Assembly: GCA_002269645.1 (NCBI GenBank) | Contig: NIVC01002313.1 | Span: 62,001 to 126,000, forward strand | Length of the DNA stretch: 64,000 nucleotides | Origin: Macrostomum lignano | Taxonomy: Eukaryota | Direction: 5' to 3' | Notes under the pieces: generated by a model | What the model was told of the DNA's origin: nothing | The model's database searches: none | The model's input: the letters and a program-made list of their open reading frames with translations, nothing else | Made by a program: the position numbers and the translations under genes | In this document: in pieces, positions 1 to 11,000 of the stretch | How positions within the stretch are numbered: position 1 is the stretch's first letter | Layout: each line of letters starts with the position of its first letter

Positions 1-544
1 GGAGACCCTAACAAAGAAGTGAAATGGTTTTTAGCTTCATTGTTAAAACAACTTCAAGCTCAAGCGCGCACCAGGTCTCACAACATACATTAGTCATTGA
101 AACAACTCCCTCCAGTTTTGACTTCTGTTTCAAATTCGGTGTTGCATAGAAATTGACTAATTCTCTAGCATGCTGGTATCATTAAAGTTGACGCATCTGT
201 TACAGACTGCAGGTGCAGGGTCTGACATTTCACAGAGCACACAATATATTAACATGACAGTAATTGGCTGCATGGTAAGAACAATACAATTTGATTCTGA
301 CAAAAGCCCGGGGGGGGGGTTGCGGGTTCGAAATCCTGGCTGAACCCATGTCGTGACGCAACGCTGAGACTTCTGAATAAGCTATTAGACAGAAACACAA
401 CTAGATGGTTATCGCTTGCAACTGGTAGCGAATAATGGATTGACGGGCGGTGGGGTACAGGACAGGTCTTCTGCTTAAAGAATTATCGTGTAGAATTGAG
501 AGAATTTCTGGATTAAACTGAAATGAAGAGAAATGAAAATAAAC

Positions 545-1020
545 AAGATAGAGAGATGAGAGGGGAGATGGGGAAGAGACAAGATGAGACAGGAAGAATA
601 TAAATTGGGAGAGGGGGAGGATGAAATGAGAGATTGGGGAGGGGAAAGATGAGAGGGGAGAGCGGAGAGGTGAGATGAGAGAAAGGAGAGATGAGAGGGG
701 AGAGGGGGGAGATGAGATAAGAAAGGGGAGAAAAGAGATGGGAGAGGGGAGAAATCAGATGAGAGAGGGGATGAGAAGGAGAGGGGGATATGAGATGAGA
801 GGGGAGATGAGATGAGAGAGGGGAGAGATGAGGTGGGAGAGGGGAGAGATGAGATGGGAGAGGGGAGAGATGAGATAAGAGAGGGGAGATGAGATAAGAG
901 AGGGGGAGATGAGATGAGAGAGGGGGAGATGAGATGAGAGATGGGGAGATGAGATGAGAGAGGGAGAGATGAGATGGGAGAGGGGGAGATGAGATGAGAG
1001 ACGGGAGAGATGACAGGAAG
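545..1020. repeat. GA-rich low-complexity tract (GAGAT/GGGGA-type degenerate repeat)
   Basis: Almost purely purine on the + strand. ORF 513..1028 is its translation (S/P/L/H only). Confidence 0.9.
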
Positions 1021-1939
1021 AGAAACAAGAAAGAGCGATCAGTCAGCAGCAGGAGAGTCAGCAGGCAGAACCATTCACTCTAAAAGAGCAATAGGCAGCA
1101 TCCTTGCAAAGCCGGTACCTATCCAATTCCAATTCCAATGAAAGCGCAGTGCAAAGCCAGCCAGCATCAATCTGTTGTCACAGCCGCCGGGCCAGCAGCA
1201 ATCCATTACTATTTGCTAATCGAGATGCTTTTAGAAGGTAGAATGGCAAAATTTTGTTAACCCCAGACGCATCTGCTTCTGCTCTTCATCCCGAGAGGTC
1301 TATTATTCTCCCAAGGACCCGTGTTGTGTGTGTTTGGCCTCCCCCCGAGCGTCGTTTGCCACTTTGCTCTGTGCGTAAATTGTTTTGCTTTAGTAAAAGC
1401 TTTTAGAAGAATTGCCTTCCCGGTGCCTTCGGGGGTCGCTGTTGCCGTCTGAACCAGGGTTTAATTGCGACATTTAAATAAGCCAAAACTGACTGGACAC
1501 GGGGGGGGGGGCTCGGGCGGGTCAAGGAGATCCTAGAAGCTAGAATCTGGATTGCGGAACTCTGGAGTCAGCGCAACGAGCAGAATTGCTATCAGCGCTG
1601 GTTGTGTGGGACAATGTCGCCGAAGACTAATCCAGACTCTAGCTTCAGCGCTCCTTGGCAATGGCCAACTGACTTTTGGCGCCGCCTCCTCCCTCTCTCT
1701 CTCCCAGGCCTCCTCGCCTCTCAGATCAAGGTCTAATTCGTTTTGACAACTACTATGAGGCCTGATGTGGGCGCGGCATTTTTTGACTCGATCTGCCCTC
1801 CCCTTCACTTGGGGCATTGAGAATTGCCTTCTTATTGTAGCCAAGACGCTTTTAAATAGAACATCTGGATTGAGGAGTTTTCGTTTTCTTCACAAAACTA
1901 TTAGATATCGATTAGTGAATCACGAGATGCACATATATG

Positions 1940-3880
1940 AAATGTCAAACTATGAGTTATTGACTGTCAAACCATGAGATACCAACTGTCAAATCATGAG
2001 ATATTGACTGTCAAATCATGAGATATTGACTGTCAAATCATGAGATATTGACTGTCAAATCATGAGTTACCAACTGTCAAACCATGAGATATTGACTGTC
2101 AAATCATGAGATATTGGCTGTCAAACCATGAGATATTGACTGTCAAACCATGAGATACCAACTGTCAAACCATGAGTTATTGACTGTCAAATCATGAGAT
2201 ATTGGCTGTCAAACCATGAGATATTGACTGTCAAACCATGAGATATTGACTGTCAAATCATGAGATATTGACTGTCAAATCATGAGATATTGACTGTCAA
2301 ACCATGAGATACCAACTGTCAAACCATGAGTTATTGACTGTCAAATCATGAGATATTGGCTGTCAAACCATGAGATATTGACTGTCAAACCATGAGATAT
2401 TGACTGTCAAACCATGAGTTATTGACTGTCAAATCATGAGATATTGACTGTCAAATCATGAGATATTGACTGTCAAATCATGAGATATTGACTGTCAAAT
2501 CATGAGATATTGACTGTCAAACCATGAGATATTGACTGTCAAACCATGAGTTATTGACTGTCAAACCATGAGATATTGGCTGTCAAACCATGAGATATTG
2601 GCTGTCAAACCATGAGATACCAACTGTCAAACCATGAGATATTGACTGTCAAATCATGAGATATTGACTGTCAAATCATGAGATATTGACTGTCAAATCA
2701 TGAGATATTGGCTGTCAAACCATGAGATATTGACTGTCAAACCATGAGATACCAACTGTCAAACCATGAGATATTGACTGTCAAACCATGAGATATTGAC
2801 TGTCAAACCATGAGATATTGACTGTCAAACCATGAGTTATTGACTGTCAAATCATGAGATATTGACTGTCAAACCATGAGATACCAACTGTCAAACCATG
2901 AGATATTGACTGTCAAATCATGAGATATTGACTGTCAAATCATGAGATATTGGCTGTCAAACCATGAGATATTGACTGTCAAACCATGAGATACCAACTG
3001 TCAAACCATGAGATATTGACTGTCAAATCATGAGATATTGACTGTCAAACCATGAGATACCAACTGTCAAACCATGAGATACCAACTGTCAAACCATGAG
3101 ATATTGACTGTCAAATCATGAGATATTGACTGTCAAATCATGAGATATTGGCTGTCAAACCATGAGATATTGACTGTCAAACCATGAGATACCAACTGTC
3201 AAACCATGAGATATTGACTGTCAAATCATGAGATATTGACTGTCAAACCATGAGTTATTGACTGTCAAACCATGAGATATTGACTGTCAAATCATGAGAT
3301 ATTGACTGTCAAATCATGAGATATTGGCTGTCAAATCATGAGATATTGGCTGTCAAACCATGAGTTATTGACTGTCAAATCATGAGATATTGACTGTCAA
3401 ATCATGAGATATTGACCGTCAAACCATGAGTTATTGACTGTCAAATCATGAGATATTGACTGTCAAATCATGAGATATTGACTGTCAAATCATGAGATAT
3501 TGACTGTCAAATCATGAGATATTGACTGTCAAATCATGAGATATTGGCTGTCAAACCATGAGATATTGACTGTCAAACCATGAGTTATTGACTGTCAAAT
3601 CATGAGATATTGACTGTCAAATCATGAGATATTGACTGTCAAATCATGAGATATTGACTGTCAAATCATGAGATATTGACTGTCAAACCATGAGATATTG
3701 ACTGTCAAATCATGAGATATTGACTGTCAAACCATGAGATATTGCTGTCAAACCATGAGATATTGACTGTCAAATCATGAGATATTGGCTGTCAAACCAT
3801 GAGATATTGACTGTCAAATCATGAGATATTGGCTGTCAAACCATGAGATATTGACTGTCAAATCATGAGATATTGATTCC
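1940..3880. repeat. 22-bp minisatellite (CATGAGATATTGACTGTCAAA[T/C]), roughly 88 copies
   Basis: Unit spacing of 22 read directly (CATGAG at 1995 and 2017). Recurrent variants ACCAAC, TTGGCT and GAGTTAT. Confidence 0.97.
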
Positions 3881-4477
3881 AAATCATGAACTGCAATCCG
3901 CAGGGTATATACCACCAAGCCGTGTGTTTCCATTCCAGATGTCTAGTTCCGAAGGACTCCACGGCTCAGAGACGCGCAGCAAGCACCCGCCCGGGCTCCG
4001 GAACAACCCCGCCTCCAAAATGACCCTCACATTCCGCCTCCACAGAGTGGACAGTCGCACCGCATACCCCAGGTCTGTCTAGATGTCAACTGTTGCTGCG
4101 CCCTACCCATCCTCCCCCCGCCTGAATCCCCTGGCTTAGATATCCCAGTGCAGAAGCCATGGCAAATAGACTTTGTTGCCATGCGGGGATAAAACTCCCA
4201 TTTTATACCTTAAACCGCGCCCGATACAGACTCGAGACGGGTATCCGGGGGATTAGGATTAAGCTTCCTTTAATCCCCGTTGCTACTTGGTAATCGGTCT
4301 CTCAGCCCGTCATCGGAAATTCAATTTCTTTTACTGGAACGGGGTGCACTGGGACAGAATCTTCCCCGGATTTTTGGAGGATTTCTTTCGCTAATTGGGG
4401 AGGGGAAATGCAATTTGAACAATTGGGCCGCTCACTCTCAGTGCGATGCCGGCTTCTTGAGATGTTTTGTTCACTAG

Positions 4478-4745
4478 CCTTCCTCTGCCTCTCCTTCCCT
4501 CTTCCCCCACCTCTTCCTCTCCTCTTTCAGCTCGAATCTTTCCCCTCTAATCTCTCCCCTCTCACCTCTCCCCTTTCGTCTCTCCCCTTCAATCTCTAAT
4601 CTCTCTACTCTAACCTCTCCGCCCTCCCTCTCCCGTCTTCCTCTTTTCTCTCCCACGCCTCTCTTCCCTCATCTCTCTTTCTCTATTCGCTCTCCCCTCT
4701 AATCTCTCCCCTCTAATCTCTCCACTTTTTTCTCTCCCACTGTCC
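4478..4745. repeat. CT-rich low-complexity tract
   Basis: Pyrimidine-only degenerate CTCT/CCCT repeat. Confidence 0.85.
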
Positions 4746-5169
4746 CCAGCACCACCTCTAAGCTAGGAAAAGAGGACCTGACACGCAATTCAACCCAGAA
4801 CCCGCCCCACCCTCGAAAAACAGCTCATATGCTCATGGATAGGTGATGAATAGAGAAGAGACGAATGTAATGCCATCTTATCCTGTCATCTGTGCACGCC
4901 CCTCGCATCAAGATCTGTCACCACTTCCTTGCATTTATACAACTTAATGCCGTGAAGTTGTCAGTAAAGGGCTTCTGATTCGCACACTGAGGCGTCCCAA
5001 CGATGATGACAGATTTTAAATCCGAACTGATCAAAGAAACCCGAACCTTCGCGCAGATGATTTATCGATATCAAGTTTCATTATTCACAAAGAGGATTGA
5101 AAGATTGACGAAATTATGCCATTGAAGTCTGCAAAGTGAAGGTTGGTCAGGGTGAAAATGCTCCTTTAG

Positions 5170-5610
5170 TTCCCCTCGGAGAATCGGCCTTTAGAATTCC
5201 CTGGGAGAATCGGCCTTTAGAATCACCCTCGGAGAATCGGCCTTAGAATTCCCTGGGAGAATCGGCCTTTAGAATCACCCTCGGAGAATCGGCCTTAGAA
5301 TTCCCCTCGGAGAGAATCGGCCTTTAGAATTCCCCTCGGAGAATCGGCCTTTAGAATCACCCTCGGAGAATCGGCCTTAGAATTCCCCTCGGAGAATCGG
5401 CCTTTAGAATTCCCCTCGGAGAATCGGCCTTTAGAATTCCCCTCGGAGAATCGGCCTTTAGAATTCCCTGCGAGAATCGGCCTTTAGAATTCCCTGCGAG
5501 AATCGGCCTTTAGAATTCCCCTCGGAGAATCGGCCTTTAGAATCACCCTCGGAGAATCGGCCTTAGAATTCCCCTCGGAGAATCGGCCTTTAGAATTCCC
5601 CTCGGAGAAT
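5170..5610. repeat. About 27-bp minisatellite (TTAGAATTCCCCTCGGAGAATCGGCCT)
   Basis: About 16 tandem copies, unit 26-28 bp. Confidence 0.95.
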
Positions 5611-6176
5611 TGCCCCTTTTTAATCCCTCACGCAAATAATGAGTCTGGTCTAACACAGGGTTCAAACCAAAGCGACATCATAAAACTACCAGGTGTTCAG
5701 CCTGAGCCGCTGACAGAGACTCAAGACACGAGACAAAGACCCTGGCTGCCGGGGGCTATTGTAGCCCCATAAAGTTGTCTCCAAAATGTGCCTGTCGGAC
5801 ACTGAGAAATTACAGCAGCGCGGGATTTTTACGACTTCCTTCAATTCGTCCCAGGAGGCGGAGGCGGACTGCCAGTGTCGGTGCAGCGCGCGGTGCTGAA
5901 GTGAAGCATTCGCTCCCCTTGAAATCGGCACTTTTTAGTGTCCCGTCCCGTCTTGGAGCGGCAAGTCGAATAAAAAATTCCCGACTGCCGGCCTGCGTTC
6001 ACTTCGCTGCCTTCAAAACTGGAGTCTTTGTCCTCTGCTGAGTCTTGTTCCCCAAGCCCCATTCTATTCAGGCTTGATTTTTAATTTGCGAGACTTCCTT
6101 GAAATTCATGGAAGCGGAATTCATTGGAGGTGGTTAGTGCTAACATTGTTAGCTAGTTAGATTGTTGTGAAAGACC

Positions 6177-6330
<154 letters not shown>

Positions 6331-7544
6331 ATGCACTTAGCAATTTCTGCAATATGCCCCAACCGCAGGGCAACTCCGCCCAGAAACAAACTGCATCAGC
6401 AATGCAGGAGCGTTTCGGACACCTGTGCTGACAGGAAAGCGGCGTCCTGCCCCCCCCCCCAGATAAACTGCAAACTGCAGCGCAAGTTTGTTGGCTTTGG
6501 ATGGGCAGGCCTTAGAAGCTGCGGTCTTTGTTTGAACAAAGAACCCCCTCCGGTCCAATTAGGAAATTTTTTTCCTCTGTTGATTTGGCATCGCAGTTCC
6601 AGGTCCGCCTTGCAGGGGTCTTGCGCAGATAAGAACACAGGAATTCAATAACAAAAATTATTCTAAAAAAATTAAAGCACCCCAAATTTAATGCCGGACA
6701 ATTATCTGTTAATTTAACGAAAATTTTCACCTGTTTTCAAACGCAGACGGTCAGAGAAGCGCGGCATTAAAAGTTTTCGCACGTTCAATTAAATTTTTCC
6801 GATTATCAGGCTGCTTAGCGGGTCGATTTGAAAGCAATAAAAATTAGCGACAACATTTTATCTCTGCCAGCCGGATTTGCACCTGTCCTGGCGTGGCCAA
6901 TTAGCTGCAATTTTCAACGATTTTAGCACCCAATTATCGAGGTTATTAAAGTTACGATTGAATGGCGGTCTTAGCCTTTCGGCGCTGGACTTCGAAGCTG
7001 TAAAAATCGCCCTGTAGAGCCCGTAGCAGTTAATAGTAGGTGCATACAGGAATATTGATTTTTTCCGGAGCTCTCCCAGGACGGCATTAGGAGATGGAAG
7101 GCGAAAATAGATTCAATTTTAATTTTCAAAGAGATGCCGACTGAATTGCCAACGCTGCATACGCTCGTATTGCTACAACAAAAAGTACGCATGTCCTGTT
7201 TATGCTACTGTTTAGTTAGATATAAGTAGAAATACGAGTATAAGGATTTTATCAATCACATACATTTTAAAAACCGAAAATTATTACAGAAGTCGAAAAA
7301 GTCAGGAATTAATAGAGACAGTAATTTCGCGAATAGATAAAAAAGCAGAATTTTGCTGGTCATCAAAAGATAATTTTAGCCTTAAAAAAGATTTCAGAAT
7401 AACGGATCAGTAACGTGCCCAGTGACAGAAATTCCACGACAAATGGCTTTCTTGAAGAGAAACAGAACGGGATAGCAATTTCTACTTACATGTTAACAAG
7501 GTTTTTATGCCTAGACCAAGGCGCCAAAAATTTTATATTTGACG

Positions 7545-7915
7545 CCCAAATCTGTCTAAAAATGGCGCCCAACCGTGTTTAAAAATGGCACCAAACAGTG
7601 TCTGAAAATAACCATCTAGTAGTGTCTAAAAATGGGGCCTAACGGTGTCTAAAAATGGCATCTAACGGTGTCTGAAAATGGCGCCTAGCATAGTCTATAA
7701 ATGGTCACCTAATAGTGCCTAAAAATGGCACCAAATGGTCTATAAACGGCGCCAGACAGTGTCTAAAAATGGCGCCAAACGGTGTCTAAAAATGGCGCCA
7801 AACGGTGTCTAAAAATGGCGCCAAACGGTGTCTAAAAATGGCGCCAAACGGTGTCTAAAAATGGCGCCAAACGGTGTCTAAAAATGGCGCCAAACGGTGT
7901 CTAAAAATTGCGCCC
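7545..7915. repeat. 23-bp minisatellite (AAACGGTGTCTAAAAATGGCGCC)
   Basis: Degenerate copies grading into perfect copies at about 7760-7905. Confidence 0.93.
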
Positions 7916-8033
7916 TATAGTTTGTAAAAGTTGCGCCGAAAGTCGCGCACTCAAGGGCGCTAAAACCTGGGTTGATGTCAGATATTAAAAGTCTGTCCGA
8001 ATGACCTCATTGGTTTATCAAAGCATGGGCTGC

Positions 8034-11000
8034 TCAAAATCGATCTACTCCTTCTCCCGGAGGAGAAGCCTCACTCGTGGCCGCTGGCGGGCCGCTGCCG
8101 CCGCCGACGCCTTCGCTGCCTCCTTCGCCGATGGTTCGAATCGCTGCGCCAACCTCCGGCAAGTTCATGTCGTTAAAGAGTCGGTCTCGGTTTCTGGTGC
8201 TGGGCAGCACCTGCGCTGAGCTGCCCTGCCGCCTGGAGATCTCTGAGTGTGTTGGCCAGGGTTTGGGTGAGTGTGGGGTGGGTGTGGGATGGGTGTGGGA
8301 TGAGTGTGGGATGAGTGTAGGATGGGTGTGGGATGGGTGTGGGATGGGTGTGGGATGAGTGTGGGATGAGTGTAGGATGGGTGTGGGATGGGTGTGGGAT
8401 GGGTGTGGGATGAGTGTGGGATGAGTATGGGATGGGTGTGGGATGGGTGTGGGATGGGTGTGGGATGAGTGTGGGATGAGTGTAGGATGGGTGTGGGATG
8501 GGTGTGGGATGGGTGTGGGATGAGTCTGGGATGAGTGTAGGATGGGTGTGGGATGGGTGTGGGATGGGTGTGGGATGAGTGTGGGATGAGTATGGGATGG
8601 GTGTAGGATGGGTGTGAGATGGGTGTGGGATGAGTGTGGGATGAGTGTGGGATGAGTATGGGATGGGTGTGGGATGGGTGTGGGATGGGTGTGGGATGAG
8701 TGTGGGATGGGTGTGGGATGGGTGTGGGATGGGTGTGGGATGGGTGTGGGATGAGTCTGGGATGAGTGTAGGATGGGTGTGGGATGGGTGTGGGATGGGT
8801 GTGGGATGAGTGTGGGATGAGTATGGGATGGGTGTAGGATGGGTGTGAGATGGGTGTGGGATGAGTGTGGGATGAGTGTGGGATGAGTATGGGATGGGTG
8901 TGGGATGGGTGTGGGATGGGTGTGGGTTGGGTGTGGGAGCAGAATTCACAGCAATTATTAATCAGACTCACTCTGGCGTCGCCTTTGGCTGAACACTTCA
9001 ATGCCAATAAAAGACAGCTCTGGTATCTCTGTCGGTGGGTGGGCGATGGACATTAGTTTCTAATACTCTAGTTTCTAATTAGTTTCTAATCTAATAATAG
9101 ATTAGAGTCTGACTCTCCCAATCTCCCACATCCTAAATCCTAATAGTCCCACTCTCCCAGATCTCTAATCCCAATAGTCCCACTCTCCCAGATCTCTAAT
9201 CCCAATAGTCCCACTCTCCCAGATCTCTAATCCCAATAGTTCCACTCCCCAGATCTCTAATCCCAATAGTCCCACTCCCCAGATCTCTAATCCCAATAGT
9301 CCCACTCCCCAGATCTCTAATCCCAATAGTCCCACTCTCCCAGATCCCTAATCCCATTATCTTAATATTGCCACTCTTCTAGAATCTTCCTCTCAATATT
9401 TCAAAATTTCAAATTCCAATATTCCAACTGTCCTCTAATGTCAAATCCCAGATCCCAGATCCCAGATCCCGGATCCCAGATCCCAGATCCCAAATCCCAT
9501 TCTCCCAGATCCCAGATCTCAAACTCACTCTCCCCCCAGCCGTGCCCGTAGGCCATGAGCGGGTAGGCAGGCTCCCCGTGCTTGGGAATGTCCAGGCCCT
9601 TCTCCTCGACCTCTGCCGGCACCCGGAACATCCCCAGCAGGTGTAGGACGCCGAATATGATGAAGGAGGCAGCTGCAGACCAGCCGGAGATGGCGCAGGC
9701 GCCGATGAGCTGCCACAGCAGGTCCATGCCGCCCCTGGGGTGCGCCCCGAACACCAGGCCGTCACCGTCCTTCAGGAACGGCACCGCCAGCAGGCCCAGC
9801 AGGCCGCCGCCGAAATGGACACCGACAGCTTCGAGCGGATCGTCGACTCGAAACTTGAGAACGAGGCGGGCCACGGCCAGGTAGAAGTAGGGGGCGAGGA
9901 AACCAACGATCACCGCGGCCCATGGCTGGTAGCTGTTGCAGCCCGCGCAGATGCTCACCATGCCTGTTTTTGGTTCGGGTTTTTGGGTTCGGGTTTTTGG
10001 GTTCGGGTTTTTGGGTTCGGGTTTTTGGGTTTTCGGTTTTGGGTTTTCGGTTTCGGGTTTTTGGTTTCGGGTTTTGGGGTTCGGGTTTTTGGTTTCGGGT
10101 TTTCGGTTTCGGGTTTTTGGTTTCGGGTTTTTGGGTTTGGATTTTTGGTTTTGGCTTTTCGTTTTCGGGTTTTTGGGTTCGGGTTTTTGGGTTCAGGTTT
10201 TTGGGTTCGGGTTTTTGGGTTTGGGTTTTTGGTTTTGGCTTTTGGGTTTCGGGTTTTTGGTTTCGGGTTTTTGGGTTCGGGTTTTTGGGTTTGGGTTTTT
10301 GGGTTTTCGGTTTTGGGTTTTCGGTTTCGGGTTTTTGGTTTCGGGTTTTGGGTTCGGGTTTTTGGTTTTGGGTTTTCGGTTTCGGGTTTTTGGTTTCGGG
10401 TTTTTGGGTTCGGGTTTTTGGTTTCGGGTTTTTGGGTTCGGGTTTTTGGTTTCGGGTTTTTGGGTTTGGGTTTTTGGTTTTGGCTTTTCGGTTTCGGGTT
10501 TTTGGGTTCAGGTTTTTGGGTTCGGGTTTTTGGGTTTGGGTTTTTGGTTTTGGCTTTTGGGTTTCGGGTTTTTGGTTTCGGGTTTTTGGATTCGGGTTTT
10601 TGGTTTCGAGTTTTTGGGTTCGAGTTTTTGGTTTTGGGTTTTCGGTTTCGGGTTTTTGGGTTCGGGTTTTTGGGTTCGGGTTTTTGGTTTCAGGTTTTTG
10701 GGTTCGGGTTTTCAGTTTCGGGTTTTGATTTCGCGTTTTTGTTTTCGAGTTTGAAGTTTTTTTTCGTTTTTAGGTTTTTGGTTTCGGGTTTGTGCTTTCG
10801 CGTTTTGGGTTTTCAGTTTCGGGTTTGTGCTTTCGGGTTTTCGGTTTTTTTGATTTTCGGTTTCGACTTTTTATATTTTAGGTTTTTGGTTTCGCGTCTT
10901 TTGATGTCAAGTTTCTGGGCTGGAGCCAAGGTTCAAGCTTTTTGGGTTCAAGCCAAATGACACCAGCTTATACACCTAAGCTGCTTACCGGCCAACGCCC

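Noticed and set aside
8165-10960. Long ORFs (258-406 aa; HPSHTHPT and FGFGF types)
   Set aside because: They are translations of intronic minisatellites within Amt.
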